From: the human T2T-CHM13v2.0 reference genome, Homo sapiens
Assembly (NCBI RefSeq): GCF_009914755.1
Contig: NC_060935.1
DNA: 64,000 bases
Direction: 5' to 3' (one strand)
The position numbers and the translations under genes are program-made. Under the pieces are notes generated by a model. That model worked only from the letters and a program-made list of their open reading frames with translations. It did no database searches and was not told the origin of the DNA. Numbering within the stretch: position 1 is the first letter of the stretch; each line of letters begins with the position of its first letter. Positions 39,590-52,775 of this stretch are shown in pieces.

Positions 39590-40201
39590 TTTATTTGCAA
39601 GATATGAGCACTACAAATAATTCATGCATCCTGTGGCTCCCAGTGCTCCAGGCCTCCTGATGTCCACATGCTTTTATACAGTCCCCTTCCCTAGGGCTGA
39701 CTTACGTTACTCACCAATAGAATCACATGGAAGTGATGATGTATAACCTCCATGCTTTATCACAGAGGCATTGTGCCTTGGTCTTCTGGATGACTCACTT
39801 GGAGAGAAGTCATTGCTATGCCATGAGGACACATCAGCAGCCCTGGGGAGAGTCCTCACTGAGGACTCTTGCCAAGTGCCAGCATCAACTGCCAGCCACA
39901 TGAGTGAACCTCCTTGGAAGCAGGTCCTTCCTCTCTTCTGGGCTTTAGTTTTGCCTCCTAGACCTTTGTCATCAGCGAGTGAGGAAGAGGGGCCTGCAGC
40001 CTGAGTCAAGCCTTCAGATGATGATAGCCCAGGCTGGACATCCAATTACAGTCCCATGAGAGACCCCAGGCCGGGACCACCCAGCCAAGCCACTCCTGAA
40101 TTCCTGACCCATACACACTATGAGAGGTAAGAAATAGATATGGTTGCTTTAAACTGCTAAGTTTTGAGACAATACACATTGCAACAGAAATAACTAACAC
40201 A
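39590..40201 (+). mobile_element. MLT1-type LTR
   Basis: MLT1 hallmarks GCCAGCCACATGAGTGAACC, AAGCCTTCAGATGA, CACCCAGCCAAGCCACTCCTGAATTCCTGACCC; ends TTTAAACTGCTAAGTTTTG...TAACTAACACA. Confidence 0.75.
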
Positions 40202-40751
40202 TATCCCTAGCAATAATGTAGTTCCTAGAATACAGCAGGTGCTCAGGAAATGTTTAATGGATGAATGAATGAAGCTTCTAGTAGAGGGGCTATAAGTCAA
40301 ACTTTATGACTACTGATGAGAAGAGGGAATGGGTAGACATGGCCAGGAGAACTCATGTTCCAAACTTGGAAAGATAAAACTTAGCTCATAAACTCGAGAA
40401 TACAAGAAATGTCATAATACTTTATTTTCTTCAAATCTGAATAAATTGACCCTAAGTCATTATTGTTACCCAAGACCCCTCTCTACCCCACCTCAACCTC
40501 ATCCAAGGATCTGGGAAAAAATTCACTGTGGGAAAAGAGCCTCTACTCCCCAAGTCTATGATGGCCATTTATAATACCTTCAAACCTCACACACTATGAT
40601 TCCTTAAAGCCAGGTTATGCTACAGCTATCAGGACTGTCTTGGGAGTCCCTGTGTCTACAATACAGTCTCTTAGACACCCAGGAAAGCCATTCTCTTCTG
40701 AGGTCTCACACCTCATTCAGACCTTCAACAAACATTTATTGGGTGCTCTAC

Positions 40752-41152
40752 TAGTTAGGGTTCTCTAGATAAACAGAACAAGTACGAGAGGGTGGAGAGA
40801 GAGATTGATTTTAAGGAATTGACTCATGTGTTTAGAGCTGGCAAGCCCAGAGTCCGCAGCGTATGCCAACAGGCTGGAGACCCAGGCAAGGGCTGATGTT
40901 GCAGCTCAAGTCCAATGGCCATCTGCCAGCAGAATTTTCTTTCCTTCAGGAGATGTCAAGTCTTTTTTCTCTTAAGGCTTTCAACTGATTGGATGAGCCC
41001 CATCCACATTACTGAGGGCTTTACTCAAAGTTGACTGATTTAAATGTTAATCCCATCTAAAAGGTCCCTTCACGGTAACATCCAGATTCATGTTTGACCA
41101 AATATCTGGGTACCACGGCCTAGCCAAGCTGACACATAAAATTCTTCATCAT
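40752..41152 (-). mobile_element. MLT2 LTR, apparently inserted in L2-like sequence
   Basis: TAGTTAGGGTTCTCTAG...TTTTAAGGAATTGACTCA...TTTGACCAAATATCTGGGTAC...AAGCTGACACATAAAATT. Confidence 0.75.
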
Positions 41153-43999
41153 AAGATGCCATTGAGTGATGTAGGCACTGGGGATAGAGCAGTGAACCAA
41201 CATGGGCAAAAATCTGGGACTTTTACATTCTAGGAGTGGGACAAATAATAATAAACCATAATAAAATACATATATCATATGTCAGGTAGTTCTTGAGCCA
41301 AGAAGAAGCACCTATCAGGTGACATGAAGGAAACTAATGAAGGCTGCCATTTAGACAGACTGGTCAGGAAGATCTCGAGAAATAACACTTTGCTTAAGTG
41401 AAGACGTCATACAAATACCTGGGGGAAAGAACCTTCAGGCAGAGCAAACAGCACTACAAAGACCCTCTCGCCAGAGGGTAGGGACCTGCCCCTGCTCCCA
41501 GGCCCGAGACCCTCCACCCCACTCCCCACCACGGCCATCACTCCCCTTGGACGTCCCCCTTCCACCTCCCCCAACCCAATTCCTCCAAGGAGCCCAGCCT
41601 TAGAAAACAAACGCCAGGAAGGAAGCGTGTCTATGAGGAACACATCTCGTCTGCGTAAGCAAGAGAACATAGAAGACCTGGCTGCTTTCTTGGAAAAGTG
41701 TGCTGGCGGGAGTGGGGGTGGGGAATATAAATAGACCAAAAATTAATTTCTGAAAAAAATCAAACAGCCACAGAAACAGCAGCTGCTCTCCACATCCCAC
41801 TCCCAGCCAGGCTCTTGAGGTAGGATTGGGGGTGAGGAGAGGGGATGAAGGGAGAAGCAGGAGGAAATCTCTAATTCTTAGAACTCTCTGATTCAGGAGA
41901 ATTCACTAATTTCCTGACAAAAATGAGAGAAATTCTCCCCACAAGCTGTCAGACTTCTCCTTCCCAATACATCCAACTTGGATGTGAAAGTCTGTGGGAA
42001 AGGCGAAAGGATGTCTCTCCACTCACACCAGCTCAGAGGCGGGAGCCCAGCACTCCCTAGAGAGGAAGCTACCAGGAGTCCTGTGGCAGCCCAGCACCAA
42101 TCCGCAGCCAGGCCCTGGGAGCCCCCCTCAGAGAGATCAGAGGCCATGGTGACCGCGCCCCAGGAGAGGGAGAGGCAGGAAGGAGCATGGCCTCCTGTGC
42201 CTAAGCTGCTGTGGACTTGAAGTAGGAAAGCTGGAGGGGGAAGAAGTAAGCCCACACCCAGTCCCCTCCCTGAGGACAGGGAGCTTAAACCAGACCTGCT
42301 TCAGGGGAGGATGGGGGTGGCTCCAGGCCAGAGAGCCATGAAGAGACCTCGTTTCTGCCCCTGGCCTTTCCTTCCCTCCGCCTCTCACACTGCACACACA
42401 CAATACCCTCAGAGAACATGGTATCTGAGAAACTGAAATCAATTCAGCACAACAAACCGGTGTGCATTAAATGTTCTTCTCTGTGCTAGGTGCTCTGCCA
42501 GGTGCTGGAAATGCCAAGATAAATAAAATGCAGCCCTGCCCTCTGTAAGCTTACCCATGGTAACAGCATGATCGCTGGTATACCACTCGTACAAATAAAG
42601 TACAACGAGGGCACAGAAGAGGAAAAGCTTAATTCTGCCCAGGGGCTGGCAGGGAAGGCAGCTTTGTCAGAAAGGTGACATGTGACCCCTGGGAGTGAGC
42701 TGGGGATGGTACAAGGGCCAGTGGCACAGCAGGTCACATGGTACATGCTTCCAGGGTGGTCCTGGGTACTGGCCAGAAGGCAGGCTGTGGTCAGGGAGAG
42801 GTCTCAAATGAGCCTAGGAACAGACATAGGCTTCAATTAGGTTCCAGCTCTTCTGTCAAAAGAGCTGGAACCTCATCCCATAGGCAGTTTTTAAACTTCA
42901 GTGTTCTTAAACAGGGACATGTGCCTGTGAACTCTGAGAAAGAAAACCCAGGTATCAGCAGGGGATGGGTTGGGGTGAGTTAGAGACAGATTGCGAAGCG
43001 GGAACATGGGCCACTGCCGGAGTCCAGGTCAGTAGTCCAGGTGCAAGGTGTTGCCAGCCCCTTCGAAGGCAAGGCAATGAGGACAGGGAAGAGAGGGCAG
43101 ATCAGAGGGAGGTTTCAGGCGGATACCAAGGCCTCGGGGATGGCTGGACGGGGTGGATGGTGGATTCAGGGACAGATGGCCCCCAGGTTTCTGACTTGGA
43201 GGAGAAAGGGCCCGGACGCGAGCCCAGGGCAGGCAGGGCAGGCTCTGGATCATTCTAGCATGAGCGCAGTGACTAACACTGAGAAGGTACTGGATCACAC
43301 GTGTAGGCTGAATGGGCGGAAGAATAAACGCAAAGCGATAGAAGAGGAAATGTATGGTAAGCTCTCCCGGTGCCTCTCCCCCCAGGAACAGCTGCATTTC
43401 ACCAAAGGGCATGTCACACACAGCATCCTGCAGGGAGAGGTTTCTCACTGAGGGGACCTGCCACTTGCTCCTGCTCTGTCTGGCTTTGAGGCTACATGGA
43501 AAGCTTGGGTCCAATGGTGAGTGAGAACTGCAAATCCTAGAGTGGAATGGGAGCCATTGGGAGGCAGAGGGCGCAGCGGCAGCAGTAGAACTGGCAAGAA
43601 GAAGACAGTGAAAGGACAGAATTCTATTAAGAGCAAGAAATCCATCACTGGGTCTGAGGCCAGGAAAAGGGATTTGCAAAGAAAATTCTATTCAGGGTGT
43701 ATTTCCCTCTTATCGCAGTAAATGGGCTGCTAAAATGTATTGCTCTGTGTTAAAAATATGCTGTCCTTTTAAAATGGCACAGACACCGGTGTATTCTATC
43801 TGCTGTGTGTACATAAAGAGAGAAACCGATCCGCGGCTCCCATTCATAAACGCAGGGCCTCACGTGTGCTGATCAAGGTGGCGGGGGAGTCGTTTCTGCA
43901 GCGTAGACACTTCTCCCAGAAGCAGGGCTGATACTCCACTTAGGGATCATCCTGGAGCCTGTGCACCTGCACAAACTCCACCCCTTCCTTTTTAAAATA

Positions 44000-44430
44000 G
44001 TTTTTTGTTTATTTTAAAATTACTGTACGGCAAAATTAAGGCTTTTTTCTGTTGGTCTATAGCCCTATAGACCACGTGAATTTCTCCCCCGGGTCTACAG
44101 TCATGTGGCCACCACCCAATCAGGACGCATAGCAGCTCCATCACCCAAAACACTCACTTGAGCTGCCTGCTTACCCTCCAACCCTCACTCAATCCATAAC
44201 CCCTACAATCACTGATTTGTTTTCTATCACTATAATTTTGTCTTTTCTACTATAGCAAACAAATGGAACCTTACAGTACTCAACCTTGTGAGACCAGCTT
44301 CTTTCACTCAGCACAATGTCTGAGATTCGCCCAGGCCATTGCCCACAGTCAAGCCGTTACCTCTCTCCATAGCGCGTACTTTTTTCTCTGGAGCTGTGCC
44401 CCGTGGCATGGGCGGGCCACGGTTTGCCCC
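44000..44430 (-). mobile_element. Old L1M 3' fragment
   Basis: CACTGATTTGTTTTCTATCACTATAATTTTG...AAATGGAA...CTTCTTTCACTCAGCACAATG, typical of an antisense L1M 3' end. Confidence 0.6.
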
Positions 44431-45402
44431 CTGCCCTCTGGGTCTACTTCATAAAAGCTTAGCACCTTCCTCACAGAGGGGGCCAAGAAAGAAGGGAAGA
44501 CACAGCGACCGTCCCTCCTCCTTCATTATGTAAGAATGGATGGAGTGTCCTCCGTGTTTTCACTTTACAGGACTGGGATGCACGTGTGAACAAAGCAGGC
44601 TGCAGTTCTTGTCCTCCTGGCGCTTCCGTTCTGGCGGGAGGAGAGGGGTGGTGAAGGATGCACACACTAAGTGAGTGTTGTGGTGTGTCAAGGGGGGAGT
44701 GCTGCGGGGAGGACAGAGACGTGGGAGAGGAGTCAGAAGTGCGGGCAGGAGGCCCTGGTTAGGAACGGCGGGGGCGGGGGCCAGAGAGGCCTCTTTGAAA
44801 AGGGGACCTTCGTGCAAAGACGAAGGGTGTTAGCCTCCTGGCGCGCCGCGGAAGGGCAGCCTGCCCGGCAGGGGAAGCACTGGAAGGGAAAGGCTGGGCA
44901 GACTTGGCCGGAGCAAAGCCAACTAAATAAGGTGCAGCTGGGGGCAGAATGTGCTTCTCCAAGCCCAGGCCCTCGGCCGCCCAGTGCTGCCCCAGTGCCT
45001 TTGGCTGCGACATCTCAGAGCACCCAGGACTGCTGCCTCTGACTCGGCTCTCGGTAGCCATGCCCGGGAGAGGTCCCTGAAGCTGGCTCAGGCAGATGCG
45101 CCGCGGAGAGCCCGCCACAGGCTTCCCCAGCCCTTCGGGAACTGCGGTGCTCTTGCAGCCTCGCAGCCAAGGACTCCAGGCCCTGACTCGATGACTTCAT
45201 TCTCCTCCCAGGTAGTTGGCATTCTGGCCAAACTCTGCCAGCAGCAGCTTGAGCTGCTGAGGAGGCCATGGAGGAGATACCAGGGCTCAGGCACAGCCTT
45301 AGTCCTGGGGCACAGCCTCAAGGGGCTAAGGGGATAGGGGTGCGGGTCCCCCACAAGGGCTCCCATCAAGCCCTTCTAGAAGCAGCAGAAGGGCACTAAT
45401 CC

Positions 45403-45890
45403 GCGCTCCTTCCCCTGGCTGGGGTTCCAAATCTCATTAGCATTTACAGAAGTGGAATTAATCTTCCCTTGGTAATCTGGTCGTTATTGATTTTTATTTT
45501 TAACTCTTGTCTTATGAAGACAAATAAAGTGCCTTCGGCAGCACAGATGTTCCCAGGGGTGCAAAGGGAGCAGGGGCCGGAGAAACGGGCATTCAGGCAG
45601 GCTCAAAGGGTCTCTCGTGGCGCCATCAGCAGCTTCCAGGAGCGAGATAGGAAGTCAGATGTGTCCCAGCCTTCCAACTATCATAAACAGGGAGGACCCC
45701 CAAAGAGGACAGAGAGGCCCGAACCTCCAACGCCCCAATTAGGTGCATCTGCAGCTGACGGAGACAGCTCTGATTCATCTCAATCACAAGCCAGTTAAAA
45801 ATAAACATCAATAACCAGCGGCATGAAGAAAAGAGGTGACATTCTGAGATGCAAATGAGGTGGGAAGTCCGAAAGCCAGGCAAGGAGAGT
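45403..45890. repeat. Degenerate inverted repeat (arms ~150 bp), possibly an ancient MITE/DNA-transposon-derived element
   Basis: 45483-45505 matches the reverse complement of 45793-45815 at 22/23; gapped similarity continues inward and outward. Confidence 0.7.
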
Positions 45891-48800
45891 CCCAACCCCC
45901 TGAGTGCCTGAGCACACGCAGCCTGCAGACAATTTGGAGACCCCTCAACCACAGCCAGCCCCACCTCCACACCTCTCAGGACCAGGTACAGAATGTCAGC
46001 TGCTAGTCTGTCAGTGCCAAAACTGTGATGGCTTCGCACATGTGACACCTTCATAGCAGCAGTGGTGTGACGGACAGACCTGGGCCTTGGCGGTAGAAGA
46101 GGTGGGCTCACATCCGAGCTTGCTGGCTCACCCCTACCGCACCTCAGTTCAAGGAGGTGATATGGCACCACACCTGAGAGGCCTGGTGTGTACAGGCCCT
46201 CAAAGAGTAGGGATCTAGTCCTGCATTTTCTGCTTCCCTCTGAAGCAAAATCCAATGGTTAGAGAAACTGGTTTAAATTGCAAAAATAAAAACCTTGATT
46301 AAACACCAAACATGAGAACTTTCTCATGCTAAATCAGGTGCCAAGGATTCTACAGGAATATGCAGAAATATGTGAGGCCCTTGCAATATATATGAAATAA
46401 TAAATTCCCAACTCCCACCCACACAGAGCTTAAAAATCTCGCAAGGGCGTTTATAAACAGTCCATGGAGTATGAGGGGCGTAAGAAGCTGCCAGAGAGAC
46501 TGTGTCGTCTACCTCCACGTACATCTCACCGTCTGGCTTCCAGCCCTTCCTGCCCAGAATCCAGGGCAAGATGGTCGGGGGCACCTGCCACTCTTACGAT
46601 ATTGTGTTTAATTCCCACAGCTGCCCTACAAGGATCAATATTCTCAGATGAAACAATGGGGCTCAGTGAGCTGGGTGATTTTCCCAAGACAGGGAGCTGT
46701 CGGGGATTCTGGCCCGCATCTGTCAGCCCAGAACCCATTCTTGCTCTTCCTTCCCAGGCTTGCTATCAGGAGGAGCCTCAGCCCGAGCACAGGGGCCTCT
46801 CAGCCCAAGAGTCCGGATTCCCTCACTCACTGCACCTCCCAGCACATGGCCTCTCCTGACTGTGCCTTTGCTGTAGCTTCTCTGAGGTCCCACAGCTCAC
46901 CCTCATTAGCACAAGCTCCTGCACCTCCTTCCGCACGCACACCCTCAGCTTGCAGCTTGCTCTTCTCCACTCAGCTCTTGAGCCTAAGGGCCTGACTGGC
47001 TCCCTGGTGCTGTCATCGCAGCCAGCGCAGGGCAGGGTGGCCGGGCTCAGCCTACTGTCCCACCGCCCACCCCTGTGGTGGGCCAGGTCACCCCAACACA
47101 AGGGAGACAAGGCCAGAAATATTTACCTACTGAAAGATTATCATCCCCTCATTCCTGGTGTGGGGGGATCAGCTGCAGCATCAGCTGATGAGGAAGGCCA
47201 CATTCACATCCAGTCAAAACAGCTCTGTAAAACAGGCTTTGACAAAATTGTCACATTAGATGTATCTGAATAAAGTCACCCGGGCGGCTGGCAGAGCACA
47301 ATTCTACATCATTTTGACAGCCTGCATTACGAAGCTGCAGGCACCACCAGGAAATTACCTCCAAGCTAAGCCCAAATTATAGCCAGTGCAACATAGTCAA
47401 CACTTGGTAGGGTGAGAGGAGGCCAGGAAAAAGGCTTGGAGGGCAAAGAATGAACATTTTCCTCTCCTCCCCTCCCTCAATCGGAAGTGGAGAGAGGGAA
47501 GCAAAATGGGTGTTTGTACAGCGGGGAGTCTTCCCCTTCCCTCTGGCTGGGAGCCCGGAGCTTGCATTTCTGTCTGGCCTCCCCATTTAGTGGCCTGGGA
47601 AATGCCCCAGGTGGGGAGGCTTCTGCTTCTAATGAGCTTGTCCATCTTGGGCGATTTACCTCCCCTCCCTGGCCCTTCATTTTCTTTCCTGCGGGGTGGG
47701 AGGGAAGGACTAGCATCAATGTTTTTAAAACTGTATTCCTTAGGTTTGCAGAAGGTGTCCCAGAGGTGACCTGATGCGAGGATAGGGTAGAAAAGCAGAG
47801 TGTTTTGCACCCTCAATTGCAGATGAGCTAGAACTGTGCTGTTTCCATCTGTTATAGCTACTGAGGCTCCAGGGAAGATGCCTTTGAAGGAAGGGTTCTA
47901 TTGCTAATTTCTTTTTTCAAAAAGGAAGAAGAGGAAAAAAGGAAGGGAGGAAGGCAGGAAGGCAGGAAGGAAGAAGGGAGGGAGGAAACCACTAGACTTC
48001 TAGTTGCTCCCATAGTCTGTGGAGAGAGTTCCACATTCTAGTGCTCAGGGTGGGCCTTTCCGGAAGCAATCATCCTCATAGCCTCTGCAGCACGTGCAGA
48101 AAATCCGCCACGCATCTGTGCATCCTGCATCTCAGATGAGATGATCTGACCGCCAAGCCCTCCGGCCCCTGGATAGGGAGGGGCAGTCGTGAGAAGTGTG
48201 GCCTCAGGCCTAAGTCCATCCCAGCCTCCAAGGAGGCCAGGCAAGATGAGAGGAGTCTGAGCTCCATGGGTCTCCACTCCCACCCCAAAGGCTGTCACCA
48301 ATGCATTGACAGAGCAGCCTCATCGGGAGAGGCTGGGTGGGGGGGGCATTCAAAAGGGCACGAGGATGCTGAATATTCATGATGCTAATTAAGCAACAGC
48401 TAATTGGAAAATGCTGGATTTTATTAAGACCCCAGATTTATATCATTGCAACAGGCACCAACATAATAACAATCATCTAATGGCCACTTTGGGTTCTTTC
48501 CAGAGTTTCTTTCCTCTCTTGCTGGCTGTTAATGTGCATATATAAAGGAAACATATTTATTTGTGTGTATATAGATGTGTATGGGTTACATATTTTTTCC
48601 TTTCTGTTCTTTCTTTCAAAGGTTTGGTAGGCCTTCCAGTTTCTAAGCATGAGCTTCCACAGAATGAAATGTCATCGTGAGTCAGTTATTGTATACTCTT
48701 GAGATTTCCTGCAGGCTTGTCCTTCTAGGTATTTAAAAGGAAAGCATTTCTCCAGCAGTGAAAAAAATAAAAACCTCCCCCAAGGGCCGGGGGTCAGTTG

Positions 48801-50575
48801 TGAGCCAATACGGGCACTGAGGCACTGTGAAGGAGGAAAACCGCCTGTTTCTTGCTCAAAGGTCTCAGGTAAACCAGAACAGCTGGTAGAGTGACAGCCC
48901 CAGGGAGGGGGCCCTAAGCAGCTGGTGTCAGCAAAACTGGCAAGGAGGGGAGGGTGCCCACGTGTGTGTGGGCAGAGGATCAGGAAGATTTGAGGGTCAG
49001 CAAAGAGGACTGGAGGGCAGGAGTAAGGGAGCTTCAGGGTCTGGGGCACAGGACACCATGGAGGGAGGAGCCTTCTCGCCAGCACCTGGGCTCTGGGCAC
49101 CTGTGGGTTCAGCACCATGAGACACAGGTCCAGTGGAACCCTGTCCCCACTCCAGGTCAGACACTGGAGACTGTGCCTCCACATAAGGCAGGGGAAAGGC
49201 CCATTGTTTCCATCGTTTCCCGAACCCCTTATTCTCCACGTGACTGTGTTTCACTGGGCGGAACTTCGCCAGCCGCTCAGGACTCCTGCACTCACCTTTC
49301 CCCTTCTCCCGCTCCATGGCTATGGCCTCATCTCACCTCCCTTACCCAGCCCGGAGGCTGGGTTCAAGCTGCCCAGCTCTCCTGCCGAGTGAGCCCCTCC
49401 TCCACTCGCCCTCTTTTCCCTCTGGCCCTTCTTCTCTATTTACCGGAGTCACCCGCAGGCCTGCTCTCCTCTCCCCACTCCTCGGGGGTCCTCATGGTCC
49501 CTCAGTCCACAGTGCTCTCTGCCTCTGGCCCTGCTCACCCACCCCCAAGGTGGCAACTGGTGTCTGTCGGCATCTTCTCCTTCCCATACTCTCCACCGGG
49601 CACCAGGCACATGCCCGCCTGTAGGGTTTTCTGGTGTCTTCCCTCCACAAACCTCCATCGAGGGTCTCCCATGCACTGGGCGCAGTGCCAGGAAAGAGGT
49701 CTTCCAGTACGCAACCACTCAGACCCTGGCCGATGGATGGCCAAAAGATGCATCGGCAAAAGAAGCAGTCCTGAGCTCACCTGCCTTCTCTGTCCCTTCA
49801 CGGTCAGTAAGGAAAGGCCCAGGAGCAGCGTCCCCCCGGGGCAGGCACTCAAGTGCAGGCCTCTAGGACAGGGCCGCAGAGCCAGGGCTGCCACCAGCTA
49901 GCTTCTCTGGCCTCCTCCCCAAGGCATCAGGCCTGCCCTTGACTCAGTGACAGATTTGGCTGCTCCTCACCCACCGTCTGGCTGCATCCCTGCTAGCCCT
50001 GGGTTTCTGACCTCAGCTGCCACTGCCAGCAGGCTCCGTCGGCCACAGCCGTCTCCACGCCTAAGTGACAGCCCTGCTTGTCACTGTGGCCAGGCGGCAG
50101 CACGCTGTGTCCTTGGCTCTCTCCTGCCTGTGGCACACACTAGGCTGCCCCCTTGCCTGCTGCGGTTCTGCTCACACTCTGCAGCTGTACTGTTCCTCCC
50201 ACCCAAGCTCCCCAGCACCTGGGGAAAGCTGACTGCGTCTGGCTTCGCATGTAACCTTGGCGAAACTCTTACCCCTTTCACACCTGCCCTCTCTTCTGTA
50301 GAATGGCAGTAATAAGGCACAGGACTGCTGGGAAGGGAAAACCAGGTCATGGGTGTGGAAGTGCTTTGCAAATCCCAAAGCCTATAAGATTCCAAGATAG
50401 ATTTCTTATTATTCCGATTGCTATATTACGACCTGTCCCAAAGCTGATCACCTTCTAGCTGGACTGTGCAAACACTTCATACCTAGGGACACCTCCTCCG
50501 TCCCCAGCTAGATTCTGCAGGAGTCACTCATAGCTCAGCCCGGCAAGCTGAGGCCACAGGAAGACACCTCACAAT

Positions 50576-51088
50576 TGTGGTGGGTAATTTTACCTGTCAA
50601 CTTGTGTGGGCCACACGGGCCCAGATATTTGGCCAAGCACTGTTCTGTTTGCCTGTAATGTGTCTCTGGATGAGATGAGCAATTGAATCTGCAGACTGAG
50701 TAAAGCAGATGGCCCTTCCCAGTGTGGTGGGCCTCACCCAACCCACTGAAGACCTAAATAGAACGAGAAGTTTGACCCTCCCTCGAGGAAGAGAGAATTC
50801 CTCCTGCCTGACTACCTTCAAACTGGGACGGCAGCTTGTCTCTGCCTTCAGACTTGAACAGAAATGCTGGCTCTCCTGGGTCTCAAGCCTGCTGGCCTTC
50901 GGATGGGAACTATACCGTCAGCTCTTCCGGGTCTGTAGCTTGCTGACTGCAGATCTTGAGACTTGTCAGCCTCCGTAATTGCATGAGCCAATAACACACA
51001 GACACAGACACAGACACAGACACACACACACACACACACACACACTCACCCGTGCTGTTGCTTCTGTTTCTCTGGAAAACCCAATACA
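50576..51088 (+). mobile_element. MLT2 LTR with internal (CA)n
   Basis: TGTGGTGGGTAATTTTACCTGTCAACTTG...GACTGAGTAAAGCAGATGGCCCT...TTCTGTTTCTCTGGAAAACCCAATACA. Confidence 0.8.
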
Positions 51089-52529
51089 GCGATCTTCCAG
51101 TAGTCTTCATCAGGCTGTGTGTCAAATGGAAATGTGTTGGGGGATTTGGGGGTTGTCAGATGATTTAGGAGAGTAGACACTGCTAACATTTGGGGTTGAG
51201 GGTACGAGACACCAAAGGTCACCTAAAACCCATACTTGTCCTTTCGGACATTCTGGATGGAGGCTCTGCCAACCTTTCCAAGTCCCTGTCCTCTACTCTG
51301 GCAGCCACGAGAGCCACACAAGCAGCCCTGGCTTCCTTTTCTGTTTCTTAAACGTACCAAGCTGGTTGCTGCCTAAATATTTCACACCGGCAGTCTTTTC
51401 TCTTGGAGCAATCTCCCCTGCCCACTGCCAAGGGTTGAATGGCTGGTTCCTTCTTGTCCGCCCGGTCTCAGCTGTGACAGCACCAACTGAGAGAGGTCTT
51501 TCTTGATCACTCGGTCCAAGGTGGTCCCCCCGCCCCGAGACACTCTTTACTCCACCTGCCTTTCCTTCTCGTTCCCCCGTGGAAGGGCAGTGTGCTCTCC
51601 TTCCTCTCCCTGTTGTCTCTCTACCCCCACCAGAGTGTGTACCCCACAAGGACAAGAGCTGTAGGCTGCTCACCCCTGTATTCCCAGAACACGGTAGGAG
51701 TTCCGTCAGTGTTTATTAGACCTATGTTTGGAGCCTGCAATGTGCCAGATGCTATGCTGGGCACTGAAAGATGCGAGGTAGAACAAGCTCTTCCCACTAC
51801 GGGGAGAGGTGTCTCTGGAATTTGTTTGGCAAAAGCCCCGTTGGCCTTTGGCATTCCTAGGGGAAAGCGCTGGGCACCAACACAGCCACCAAGACGTTAT
51901 TCCTATGACCAGGCTGCTGCCTCAGTCCACAGGGGTGCGGGGCCCTCTCAACCTCCAGCCTGCTTAATCAGAGACACATCCCAGGGCCCTTGCCCTGTCA
52001 GCTCCCAACCCTCCCCTGACCCCACCCCACCCACCACATCCTGTCTCCGGAATCTAGAAGTCTGACAGTGTGCAGCCCCCCAGCAGGGCTCTGCGGCTAG
52101 CCCCACGCTGGGCCCCTCTGCCCAACCCCTGACACCCTGAGCACGTCATCAGGTGTGGCCGTCAGCATAGGAAGCAGCCATTGCACGTGGGAACGTTCCC
52201 CAAAGCCCCCACCCTCTCCAGACCACCTGCGATTTAGGCTTCCAGAATCCTACCTTGTCTCACGCGCAGACCCACTCAGGTTCAGAAGGATGGACCCACC
52301 CTGACCAGGACTTGGTCTTAAGGAGAGTGTTTCAAAAACTGCCTGACCTTCAACTTGATCCCAAATATCTCCTTGCTGACTCCGTGGGACTTCAGGTCGG
52401 TCAAGCCTCTGGGGCTTCTTGGCGAATCTCGAATTTGATGGTATATCTGGAAACCAGCTTCATGGGCTGTCTGCGGAGAGCAGTGGGCTTGAGCAAGACA
52501 ACCAATGCTGTGGGAAGAGAATGCACTCG

Positions 52530-52775
52530 GAGAACGCACGGACTCATGGGGGCCAACACACACCGGGGCCTGTCGGAGGTCAATGGGGTCGGGGGAGGGA
52601 GCCTATCAGGAAGAACAGCCAATGCATGCTGGGCTTCATCCCTGGGTGATTCGATGGTCTCTGCTGCAAACCTCCATGGCACACCTTTACCTGCGTAACA
52701 AACCTGCGCATCCTGCACGTGTACCCCTGAACTTAAAATAAAAATTAGAAATTTGAAAAAAGAAAGAAAAGAAAA
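52530..52775 (+). mobile_element. 5'-truncated older L1PA 3' end
   Basis: CACACACCGGGGCCTGTCGG...GTAACAAACCTGCGCATCCTGCACGTGTACCCCTGAACTTAAAATAAAA plus A-rich tail. Confidence 0.8.

Noticed and set aside
49108-49128. TTCAGCACCATGAGACACAGG, second RE1-like site
   Set aside because: Left half is good but the GGACAG half is broken; at most a half-site.
48954-49901. 315-aa ORF
   Set aside because: Non-ATG start, no recognisable domain, composition typical of GC-rich noncoding DNA.
52300-52500. Coding-looking stretch next to an A-tailed insertion (possible processed pseudogene)
   Set aside because: No parent protein recognised in any frame; the A-tail belongs to the adjacent L1 fragment.
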